A stretch of 64,000 nt of DNA from contig MGTT01000018.1 in the NCBI GenBank assembly GCA_001799575.1, positions 13,404 to 77,403 on the forward strand, read 5' to 3'. Positions 21,365 through 28,965 of the stretch are shown here, piece after piece. The translations under genes were made by a program, and so were the position numbers. This stretch comes from Elusimicrobia bacterium GWA2_56_46 (GTDB lineage Bacteria; Elusimicrobiota; Elusimicrobia; Elusimicrobiales; UBA9959). The notes under the pieces were generated by a model. The model was not told the DNA's origin and did no database searches. It was given only the letters and a program-made list of their open reading frames with translations. Every line of letters starts with the position of its first letter. The first letter of the stretch is position 1.

Positions 21365-21889
21365 CTAAACCCCGGACACCCTGCCCTTGCCGCGCAGTTT
21401 TTTCGCGGCGGCTTTCACCGCCTTGATCTGCTTCACGTAGCCGGTACAGCGGCAGAGGTTGCCGTCCAGATATTTTTTTATTTCTTCCTCGGACGGTTCC
21501 GGATTCACATCCAGCAGATGTTTGGATGACAGGATCATGCCGGGAATACAGAAACCGCACTGCACCGCCCCCGCCTCCACAAAAGCCTCCTGAAGCGGAT
21601 GGGGATCCCTGACCGTACCCAGACCCTCTATGGTCGTGATCGCGGCGCCGTGCGCGGTGAAAGCCGGGATCAGGCAGGCGAGCGCCGGCTTGCCGTTGAA
21701 GATCACCGTGCAGGAACCGCAGTCTCCGGTATCGCAGCCTTTTTTGGCGCCTTTATAGCCGTACCGCCGCAGGGCGTCCAGCAGAAATTCCGTATTCTTC
21801 ACGGCGAAAGTTCTTTTGGCGCCGTTGACGCCGAGACTTATCTCGAATACGCCGTTCACGGCCTCAAGCCCTGTAGTTTTTTTCTTCAT
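21365..21889 (-). CDS. (2Fe-2S)-binding small subunit (set 1)
   Basis: CDTGDCGSCTV and CGFCIPGM...LCRCTGY motifs, 174 aa. Confidence 0.9.
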   Translation of the reverse strand: MKKKTTGLEAVNGVFEISLGVNGAKRTFAVKNTEFLLDALRRYGYKGAKKGCDTGDCGSCTVIFNGKPALACLIPAFTAHGAAITTIEGLGTVRDPHPLQEAFVEAGAVQCGFCIPGMILSSKHLLDVNPEPSEEEIKKYLDGNLCRCTGYVKQIKAVKAAAKKLRGKGRVSGV

Positions 21890-21895
21890 ACTTTT

Positions 21896-21923
21896 CTCGC
21901 CTCTACCCTATACCCTTTCTTTA
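21896..21923. repeat. Heptamer-periodic array R4 (short)
   Basis: CTCGCCT CTACCCT ATACCCT TTCTTTA. Lies across the FAD#1 stop and the FeS#1 start spacer. Confidence 0.45.
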
Positions 21924-22738
21924 ATAAATCTCTTGAAAAGGCTTACGGCCACTTCCTTTTTGAATTCCCCGGCGCGTGCGGCGTCAAGATCCCGCCCTAA
22001 TTCCAGGACAGCCGCGTCTATGGAAACGGGAGCGAGTTTGGCGCCGGATAAGACGCGTTCGGCCGATTCCGCCCTGAACGGCCTGGGAGAGAGCGCGCCT
22101 ACGGCCACGCGCAGTTCTTTCACGACCCCGGCTTTCATCCATATACCCATAAAAAGCGTCAGGTACGCCTCCCAACTGGCCTCCGTTTTGGCGAATTTTT
22201 CGAACCGGCAGGCCCAGTTCCTGGTTTTACCCGGTATAATGATCTCAAGGATCAGAGAGTCCCGGCCGGGCCTGAACCTGAATTCAGGCTGATACAGCGC
22301 GGAGAACGGAATTGTCTTTACGCCCGTCTTTGTGAGTACCCTTACCTTGGCGTCCAGGCCAAGCAGTACCGCCGGGAAAATATTGAAAGAATGCGGCCTG
22401 GCGATATTGCCGCCGATAGTGGCCATATTCCGTATAAGCTGGCTGGAGCAGCGGGCCGCCGCGGCGGAAATAACTCCGCCGGCCCAGCGCTTCGCCAGCT
22501 TTGAATTGTCTATCGCGTCAAAGGTCGCCGTCGCGCCGATGACCAGATCGCCGCCCCGTTTTTTAACATAACCCAGCGGCAGATTCTTCAGATCCACGAA
22601 ATTCTCCACCGTTTCGGGCAAAGTCTTAGCCGCAAGGGTTCCCCCGGCCACGGCCATGGCTTCGGTTTTGCGGTTGAGCAGCCCGGCCAAAGCCGCCCCG
22701 GGCGTTTCAGGAAAACTGTAATATTTTATATGGTTCAT
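21908..22738 (-). CDS. FAD-binding medium subunit, CO dehydrogenase flavoprotein-like (set 1)
   Basis: 276 aa with AGGT..., IRNMATIGGNIA, and a C-terminal CO-dehydrogenase flavoprotein-like region. Confidence 0.85.
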   Translation of the reverse strand: MNHIKYYSFPETPGAALAGLLNRKTEAMAVAGGTLAAKTLPETVENFVDLKNLPLGYVKKRGGDLVIGATATFDAIDNSKLAKRWAGGVISAAAARCSSQLIRNMATIGGNIARPHSFNIFPAVLLGLDAKVRVLTKTGVKTIPFSALYQPEFRFRPGRDSLILEIIIPGKTRNWACRFEKFAKTEASWEAYLTLFMGIWMKAGVVKELRVAVGALSPRPFRAESAERVLSGAKLAPVSIDAAVLELGRDLDAARAGEFKKEVAVSLFKRFIKERV

Positions 22739-22740
22739 CT

Positions 22741-22785
22741 CTCTCCTTACTTCCCTGCCTCCTTATCCCCTTTACCCTCCCCAAA
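22741..22785. repeat. C-tract heptamer-like array R5
   Basis: CTCCTTA CTTCCCT GCCTCCT TATCCCC TTTACCC TCCCC. Encodes the PmbA-like C-terminus GEGKGDKEAGK* and the SD of FAD#1. The mRNA strand is G-tract rich. Confidence 0.5.
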
Positions 22786-24510
22786 GTACGGGTGCGGCAG
22801 ATATGGCAGCCGGTCCGGTTTCTGCTCCGTTTTTTTAAGTTCCATTTCCTGTACCAGGATGGACGGAGTGATAATAGCCGCGGGCACATCAGCGCGATTG
22901 TAGAACAAAGGGCCTGACTGATAAAAATTATGAACGTAGTAATCGTCCGAAGTCAAAACGATATCGCGCAAAGCCCTGAAACTTACGCCGTCAAATTCCA
23001 CCCCGTTGATCAGCTCCTCGGCGCCGTCTTTGACATAGGCCTTGTAAACCAGCATGGGTTTGGCCATGAGATCCTCCAGCCGTTTTGAACCCCCGCCGGC
23101 CATGCGCCGCACTATTATCGCGTACTCAAGCCCGAGCTCTTTCGCCATAGCCAGTAATTTTTTCTTCAGTTCTTCTTTCGGCGCCGTTTTTTCGGACAGA
23201 ATGAACACATTTCCCGGCCGCGCCGAAAAGAACTCGTCATAAGCGCCCCGGCCGTGCCCGTTGGAGGTTTTAAACTGTTTGACGGGAGCGCGGGACATAT
23301 AAAAATTGGCAAGTCTGCCGTTCTTCACAAGTTCCAGTTTCCCGGGCCGCACGCCCTCGTTGTCTATTTTATAAGAACCGTAGAGCGCCGCGCCGCCGGA
23401 TTGCGTTTGAAGCGGGTCGTCATAAACGCTGAGGAAAGGCGCCATGACGCGCATTCCAAGTTTATCCGTCAGGGCGCCGGAATCCACGTACCACTTCCTG
23501 GACTCATCGTTATCAGCCCAGATCGTCCTGACGAAAGAAATATTTTCCACGAACAGTTGATTGAAAAACTCGGCCGCGGCCTGGTCTTCGAACAGGACGG
23601 GGCCCAGATAGACCCCGGCGGTGGAAGAATCCACCAGATAGCTCATCCGCCCGGCGAATTCCTCGGTCCTGGCGGCAAGAATATCGAAACCTGGCACGGC
23701 GCCGGGCAACTGATAATTGAATTCCATTTCATCGTTTATTTTAAGGCCTTCCCTGGTCTGCGCGCCGGCGGAAATGGTAAGAGAAAGCGCGTCCCCGTAT
23801 ACCCGGTACCTGGAACCTTCGCTGTTAATAAAGCGGTTGACCCGCAGAGTATGATTCAGATTTACATCCGAGTTTTGTATCTTGGGATATTTTCTGAAAA
23901 CAGCCGATAGGCGCCTTACGGTTTCTTCCCACACGGACGTCTCGAAAGCCCCGGTAGCGACGCGATCCTCAATAAGCGCTTCAGGCTTTTCCACGGAAAG
24001 ATCGCCGTAGATTTCCTTGATGCCTTTTTTTTCCATATACGCTTTTTTCTGGGAATATTTTTCAAGCGCGGCTTTATAAGCCTGGTCGGTGAGCGACCAG
24101 AGCGAGAAACGCAGGGCGTTGTAATCGTCCTCCACCGGGATGTTGGCGGAAAAAGGTTTATAAGCCTGGAAATCGCTCCCGGCATAATTGGTATTATCCA
24201 GCTCCCGGCTGCCTATCCTGACGTCGGCCGCCAGCTCCCTTGAGGCATAAATAGTTTTACGGAGGATGGCCCCAAACGAAGCCGAGATATAAGTATTGGT
24301 TGAATCCACTACATAATAGGCGGCGTAATACGGCTTGGCCAGATCGTCCATTTTAAGCCTGGCCATGGAGCGCCCCAGTTCGTCATCCATGGCCTTAAGC
24401 ACCTGGTCGTCGGCAGCGTAAGCGGAAAGGATAAAGGATGAGGGATGAAGGATGAGACAAAACATGATAAAAATCCGAAACCCGCACATTTTTTTCATAA
24501 ATATCACCAT
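22747..24510 (-). CDS. Exported TldE/PmbA-like protein (metal site degenerate)
   Basis: TldD/PmbA-family fold by similarity to the neighbouring gene. The position equivalent to HExxxH reads FFNQLFVEN. Hydrophobic signal peptide ending SAYA|AD. Start is ambiguous (24522, 24510 or 24498); 24510 has the best SD spacing. Confidence 0.7.
   Translation of the reverse strand: MVIFMKKMCGFRIFIMFCLILHPSSFILSAYAADDQVLKAMDDELGRSMARLKMDDLAKPYYAAYYVVDSTNTYISASFGAILRKTIYASRELAADVRIGSRELDNTNYAGSDFQAYKPFSANIPVEDDYNALRFSLWSLTDQAYKAALEKYSQKKAYMEKKGIKEIYGDLSVEKPEALIEDRVATGAFETSVWEETVRRLSAVFRKYPKIQNSDVNLNHTLRVNRFINSEGSRYRVYGDALSLTISAGAQTREGLKINDEMEFNYQLPGAVPGFDILAARTEEFAGRMSYLVDSSTAGVYLGPVLFEDQAAAEFFNQLFVENISFVRTIWADNDESRKWYVDSGALTDKLGMRVMAPFLSVYDDPLQTQSGGAALYGSYKIDNEGVRPGKLELVKNGRLANFYMSRAPVKQFKTSNGHGRGAYDEFFSARPGNVFILSEKTAPKEELKKKLLAMAKELGLEYAIIVRRMAGGGSKRLEDLMAKPMLVYKAYVKDGAEELINGVEFDGVSFRALRDIVLTSDDYYVHNFYQSGPLFYNRADVPAAIITPSILVQEMELKKTEQKPDRLPYLPHPYFGEGKGDKEAGK
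24424..24458. repeat. Heptamer-periodic array R6
   Basis: GGAAAGG ATAAAGG ATGAGGG ATGAAGG ATGAGAC. Lies inside the signal-peptide coding region of the PmbA-like gene (LILHPSSFILS). Confidence 0.7.
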
Positions 24511-24512
24511 AA

Positions 24513-24540
24513 CATCCCTCATCCTTCAGTTCACTTATCC
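24513..24540. repeat. Heptamer-periodic array R7, inverted relative to R6
   Basis: CATCCCT CATCCTT CAGTTCA CTTATCC. 24513-24526 is the exact reverse complement of 24434-24447 (14 bp). Confidence 0.7.
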
Positions 24541-26219
24541 GTAAACGGCGGCTTCAGCACCGGCGGTTTGGCGTTGGATTTCTGCACTTTTTCCGTTTCC
24601 AGCTCCGAAAAAAGCAGGCTCGGCGAAATGCCGGAATTAGGCACCCAGCCCGATTCCGCGCCGCAGCTCCCTTCAAAGGGAATAAGATCATCCGCCGTCA
24701 GCATTATCCTGGCAAAAGTCTGGAGAGGCGTGCCTATGATGTTCAGACCGCGCACCGCCTCGTCAGGTCGCCCGTCGGGATAAACCTTGTACGCCAGGTT
24801 GGCCTGCACCGAAAAAGTCTGCGGCAGGGAACGCCGCGTGATCGTAAACCCCCCGGAAATATCTTTTACTATAAGTCCGTAGGATTTCCCGCTTTTCTTA
24901 ACTTCCTCAATAAGCCGGGCGCGCAGTTCGGCATACGGAACTTTTTTAGAGGATTCCACGATCAGATTCCCCTGCCGCGCCACGGTTCCGTGGCCGGGGG
25001 AACGGCGGCCATGGCCGTTAGAGACTGGAAAGCCCTTGATCGGCGAACGGCCCATTAAAAATCCTTTCAGCACGCCTTTGTCCACAAGGACGGCGCGCTC
25101 GGCCCTGACGGCCTCGTCATCGTATTTATAGTACCCGCGCAGAAATTGGCCGTTAAGATCGTGGATCGTGGGATCGTCGTAGACCGTAAGGAAATCCGGC
25201 ATGATCAGCTGCCCCACTTTTTTGGTGAAAGTCTGGCCGGACTCCTCGCTTTTCTGACGGTGTCCCTCAGCCCTGTGGCCGAAGATCTCATGAAAAAAAA
25301 CTCCGGCCGCCCGGCTGTCAAGTATCGCGGGGCCGCTGTAAGGTTCGCTGGCCGGAACGGAACGCAGCGCCGCCAGCTCCGCTATGGAATTATCGATGTC
25401 TTTTAAAACCGTCTCTTCAGCGGGCAGATCCTCCGGAACGTCAAAATCATAGCTCCTGAAACGTTCAATATCCATTCCGTCGGGGGTACGGCTTGAAAGC
25501 GAGTACATCACGCGCATATAAGTATTCCCGGTCACGATGCGCGCTTCCTCGGAATTTACCATATAGCGGTTGATAACCTCTACGGAAAAACCGGCGTAGG
25601 AATTGTATATAAAATCGTATTTTTTAAACTTTTCGGAGAGCCGTCTTGTCATTTCCGCGATCTTTTTCCTGTCGAATACCGGAAACTGCGCCCTCTCATA
25701 GAACACGGCGCCGGAAGACGCTGAGAAATCGTCGGATTTATCCTCTTCCTCCGCGGTTACGCTCTTGTTCATCTTCACTTTGGCATATTGATCCAGGGCG
25801 CTTTTATAATTCGTATCGGTCAGAACCCAGAGCTTGCTTCTTATGGCGTCGGCATCCGCTTCCAGCGGCACGGATCCGTAGGCCTGATTTTTTGAACTCG
25901 CGCCGGCATTATCTCCCTTTACCTCATGGGTATTGTCCAGCGTCTTGTCCCCTACCCTGACATCCACGTCAAAACTTCTGTTTCCGTTATCATTCTCTCC
26001 GTATATAGCTCCCTCCACGGCGTACACGCTGTAACTCCTCTTATCATAGACTTCGTAGCCTATGTAATGGAGCGGAGCTTTTTCGGCGTTCTTCAGCTTA
26101 TCGTAGGAGCGCGTGAGTTCCGAAGCCATGGCGTTCAATAGGACGTCATTTTTGGCGTCCTGCGCCCGTACCTGGCCGGAACACATGGCCACAGCCGCGA
26201 TCAGCAAAATCTTTCTCAT
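24531..26219 (-). CDS. Exported TldD-like metallopeptidase
   Basis: 562 aa with signal peptide MRKILLIAAVAMCSGQVRAQ, metalloprotease motif FFHEIFGHRAEGH, and NGHGRR. ATGA overlap with the upstream FAD-subunit stop. Confidence 0.78.
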   Translation of the reverse strand: MRKILLIAAVAMCSGQVRAQDAKNDVLLNAMASELTRSYDKLKNAEKAPLHYIGYEVYDKRSYSVYAVEGAIYGENDNGNRSFDVDVRVGDKTLDNTHEVKGDNAGASSKNQAYGSVPLEADADAIRSKLWVLTDTNYKSALDQYAKVKMNKSVTAEEEDKSDDFSASSGAVFYERAQFPVFDRKKIAEMTRRLSEKFKKYDFIYNSYAGFSVEVINRYMVNSEEARIVTGNTYMRVMYSLSSRTPDGMDIERFRSYDFDVPEDLPAEETVLKDIDNSIAELAALRSVPASEPYSGPAILDSRAAGVFFHEIFGHRAEGHRQKSEESGQTFTKKVGQLIMPDFLTVYDDPTIHDLNGQFLRGYYKYDDEAVRAERAVLVDKGVLKGFLMGRSPIKGFPVSNGHGRRSPGHGTVARQGNLIVESSKKVPYAELRARLIEEVKKSGKSYGLIVKDISGGFTITRRSLPQTFSVQANLAYKVYPDGRPDEAVRGLNIIGTPLQTFARIMLTADDLIPFEGSCGAESGWVPNSGISPSLLFSELETEKVQKSNAKPPVLKPPFTDK

Positions 26220-27076
26220 AAATTTTCTCCTCGCCGGCCTATCCGCCCAAGCGCTCTTGCAAGCAGCACTCCGGCCATTTCGCGCCGGTAGGCGGCTTCC
26301 GAACGGACATCGGTTATCGGACTGACCTCGGCCTTCACCAGTGCCGCGGCCGTGCGGGCATTCTCTTCGTTCAGTATGCGGCCGGCCAGGTAATCCGCGG
26401 TTTTACGCGCCAGCAGGGGCACGGGGGCCACGGAGGCCAGGGCTATGGATGCGGTTTTCACGCTTCCCCCGTCCATTTCCAGGGCCGCCGCCACGGAAAC
26501 TTTTGAAATGCCGAAATAAGACCGCGGCCCCAGCTTCAGATACGCTCCCTCGTGTTTCCACTTGGGGATTTCGAACGCTATTATAAGTTCGTCTTTTTTC
26601 AGGGCTGTCTTTTTGGGGCCTTTAAAAAGGGCGGCCAGGGGAAGTTTGCGCCTTTTGCCTTTAAGCTCAAGCCAGACCCAGGCTTTTTCGGCGCAAAGGG
26701 CGCACGCGCCGTCGGAGCAGGGGCTGGCGTTGGCGGCATTGCCGCCTATGGTCGCCATATTTCTCAAAGAGGGGCTCGCGAAATGGGGAATGGCGGCGTG
26801 CAGAACCGGAAGCCACCGGCCGACCAGCCGGGATCCCTCCAGTTCCGAGATCTTAACCCCGGCGCCGATAATAACGGCCGCCGCCGTCTCCTTTATACCC
26901 CTCAATTCCTTCAAATCGCTTATATCAACCCAGGTTTCGGCGGAGTTCAGCCCGGTATTGGCCCCCGTAACTAGATCGGTTCCGCCGGCGAGATATTTGC
27001 GTTTAGGGGATATCGAAGGCAGGAGCTTCCAAAGCGCCTTAAGATTCGCGGGTTTTACAACGGTCGCATGGGGCAT
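26216..27076 (-). CDS. FAD-binding medium subunit (set 2)
   Basis: 286 aa with YLAGGTDLV, LRNMATIGGNAANASP, and a C-terminal CODH-flavoprotein-like region. Confidence 0.85.
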   Translation of the reverse strand: MPHATVVKPANLKALWKLLPSISPKRKYLAGGTDLVTGANTGLNSAETWVDISDLKELRGIKETAAAVIIGAGVKISELEGSRLVGRWLPVLHAAIPHFASPSLRNMATIGGNAANASPCSDGACALCAEKAWVWLELKGKRRKLPLAALFKGPKKTALKKDELIIAFEIPKWKHEGAYLKLGPRSYFGISKVSVAAALEMDGGSVKTASIALASVAPVPLLARKTADYLAGRILNEENARTAAALVKAEVSPITDVRSEAAYRREMAGVLLARALGRIGRRGENL

Positions 27077-27089
27077 AATCAGAACGCTT

Positions 27090-27134
27090 TAAGCCATAAG
27101 CCGTAGGCCATACTGGCGCCCGTATGGCCTATAG
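27090..27134. repeat. Heptamer-periodic array R2 with internal 10-bp hairpin
   Basis: TAAGCCA TAAGCCG TAGGCCA TACTGGC GCCCGTA TGGCCTA TAGCAAT. The stem pairs 27104-27113 with 27122-27131. Lies in the spacer between FeS#2 and FAD#2. Confidence 0.7.
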
Positions 27135-27614
27135 CAATTGTTTGGCTTTTTCCACGGCGCTTATTATTTTTTCGTAACCGGTGCAGCGGCACAGATTGCC
27201 GGTCAGGCCCAGTTTGATATCTTCAAGGGTCGCCCCGGGATTTTCCCTTAAAAGCGCCTCCGAAGCCATGATCGCCCCGGGGGTGCAGAAACCGCACTGC
27301 ACCGCGCCTTCTTCCATGAAAGTTCTTTGCAGGGGATGCAGGCCGCCGTCCCGGCCCTTGAGGCCTTCTATGGTCGTTAAATGTTTTCCGTGCAGCTGGA
27401 CGGCCATCATCAGGCAGGAGTTGACGGCTTTCCCGTCCACAAGCACCAGGCAGGCGCCGCACTCGCCCTCTCCGCAGCCTTCCTTTGTGCCTTTAAGGCC
27501 AAGGTCTTCGCGGATGAATTCCAGCAGGGTTCTGGAAGGGTCTATTTCCCGCTCCACTTTCCCGCCGTTGACAGCGCACCTGATGTTGAACGTCCCGCCG
27601 CGCCTATTTTCCAT
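27129..27614 (-). CDS. (2Fe-2S)-binding small subunit (set 2)
   Basis: CGEGECGACLV and CGFCTPGA...LCRCTGY, 161 aa. Confidence 0.9.
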   Translation of the reverse strand: MENRRGGTFNIRCAVNGGKVEREIDPSRTLLEFIREDLGLKGTKEGCGEGECGACLVLVDGKAVNSCLMMAVQLHGKHLTTIEGLKGRDGGLHPLQRTFMEEGAVQCGFCTPGAIMASEALLRENPGATLEDIKLGLTGNLCRCTGYEKIISAVEKAKQLL

Positions 27615-27617
27615 GGG

Positions 27618-28934
27618 CTAGAAATCAAACCCCATACCGAGCAGAAATTTCACGCCGCTCAGCGTTATATGATCGGACTCGCCGGACACTCCGCCGCGGG
27701 TGAAGTCCATCGTATTCATTTCATAGCGCAGTTCGGCGACCAATTGCGTCTTGTCTGCTATCTTTATCCGCATACCGACGGGTACCCGGAGCATGAGGCC
27801 GATGGCGAATTCATCCACGGGCTTAGAGAACACGCTGGACTGCGTGAACCCTTTGACATAAGGCAGGGTGATGGAATTGAGCGACATCCCCAGGCCTATG
27901 CCCAGATACGGGTCGATCTTCTCCCCGGGATGCCGGATGAGCAGATCACCGCTGATGCCGAAAGTTTTGACCGTGGCGTAGTCGTTGACGGAGAACTTGA
28001 AACTACCGGGTGCCAGGCCGTTGAGGCTCCAGGTGGTGTCCTGCGCCGCGATATTGCGCTTCTCGTAGGAGAATTCAATGTCTCCTCCAAGGGCCTTGTT
28101 GCCGAAACCGCCCACGCGGAAAGCCAGGGGTCCGAAACCCTCGGTCTTAAGCTTGTCCCACGTAACGCTCTTGAAATACGAGGGATTGCCGCAGCCGGTG
28201 CAGTAAAGGCCAAGGTCATTATAGGCCGCGCTGCCGGCGCTGTTGGTTATGCGGATATTCCCATTGGAATTGGTGAATTCCAGTTTCATGTCCGGAGAGC
28301 CGAAACCCATAAAAACGTCAAAAAAACCGTACTGGTATTTTCCGCGGACCCTGGGGGCGGCCGCCTGCTGAACCGCAGGCTGCGCGTAGGCCGGCTGTTC
28401 ATACGCCTGCGGCTGGGGCTGCGCCTGCTGCGTGGCCGCGTCTCCCACCCAGTCTTTTTCTACATCCACCTGGGAAGCGCCTATCGCCTGGGCGGTCTCG
28501 GTTTTGATAAGGCGGGCGTTGACTTCTATCTTGCCCGCCTGCATCTCCACCAGGGTGCCCGTCACTATCGCCTGGACTCCGAGGAGTTTTCCGAGCTGCT
28601 GGGTCGAGGTGGCGTCCATCATGCCGGTGGACTGGAGCTTAAGCTCCCCCATGACCTTATCCAGCAGGCTGCGCTCCACTACCTCGAATTTCTGCTGTTT
28701 TATCAGGCGCATGGTTATGCGCTCGGAGACGATGGCGCCGTCTTTCGCGGCGGCCCTGCCGTCGGCGTAGGAAAAAGGCAGAATGGCTATTTTTTTATTG
28801 GTGAGCCCGGCTCCGGCTTCGCTTATCTCTTTGGCTATCTGGTCGTACTTATCCTCCGCGAAAGCCGTGCCGCCCAGATTAAAAAACACCGTCCCCATCA
28901 GCAACATAACCGCAATCTTAATATTACGCCTCAT
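27618..28934 (-). CDS. Outer-membrane protein: N-terminal FlgO/CsgG/LpoB-like periplasmic domain, Q/P-rich linker, C-terminal beta-barrel
   Basis: Signal peptide MRRNIKIAVMLLMGTVFFNLGGTAFA. Contains KKIAILPFSY...ERSLLDKVMGELKLQ...QQLGKLLGVQAIVTGTL, linker QQAQPQPQAYEQPAYAQPAVQQ, alternating-hydrophobic strands, and the terminal GMGFDF beta-signal. Confidence 0.7.
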   Translation of the reverse strand: MRRNIKIAVMLLMGTVFFNLGGTAFAEDKYDQIAKEISEAGAGLTNKKIAILPFSYADGRAAAKDGAIVSERITMRLIKQQKFEVVERSLLDKVMGELKLQSTGMMDATSTQQLGKLLGVQAIVTGTLVEMQAGKIEVNARLIKTETAQAIGASQVDVEKDWVGDAATQQAQPQPQAYEQPAYAQPAVQQAAAPRVRGKYQYGFFDVFMGFGSPDMKLEFTNSNGNIRITNSAGSAAYNDLGLYCTGCGNPSYFKSVTWDKLKTEGFGPLAFRVGGFGNKALGGDIEFSYEKRNIAAQDTTWSLNGLAPGSFKFSVNDYATVKTFGISGDLLIRHPGEKIDPYLGIGLGMSLNSITLPYVKGFTQSSVFSKPVDEFAIGLMLRVPVGMRIKIADKTQLVAELRYEMNTMDFTRGGVSGESDHITLSGVKFLLGMGFDF

Positions 28935-28965
28935 TTTTATCTCCTCCTGCCCAATACCGCCAAAT

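Noticed and set aside
24522-24522. The ORF-track start codons at 24522 (MRDVMVIF…), 7741 (cysK), 21560 (Mo#1), 38911 (YhcG-like), 10899 (Rrf2), 17455 (glnA), 13912 (rbr) and 40671 (secreted protein).
   Set aside because: Each extended N-terminus either overlaps the upstream gene substantially, is encoded by repeat or AT-rich spacer sequence, or precedes a family-typical N-terminus with a better SD. I used internal starts instead.
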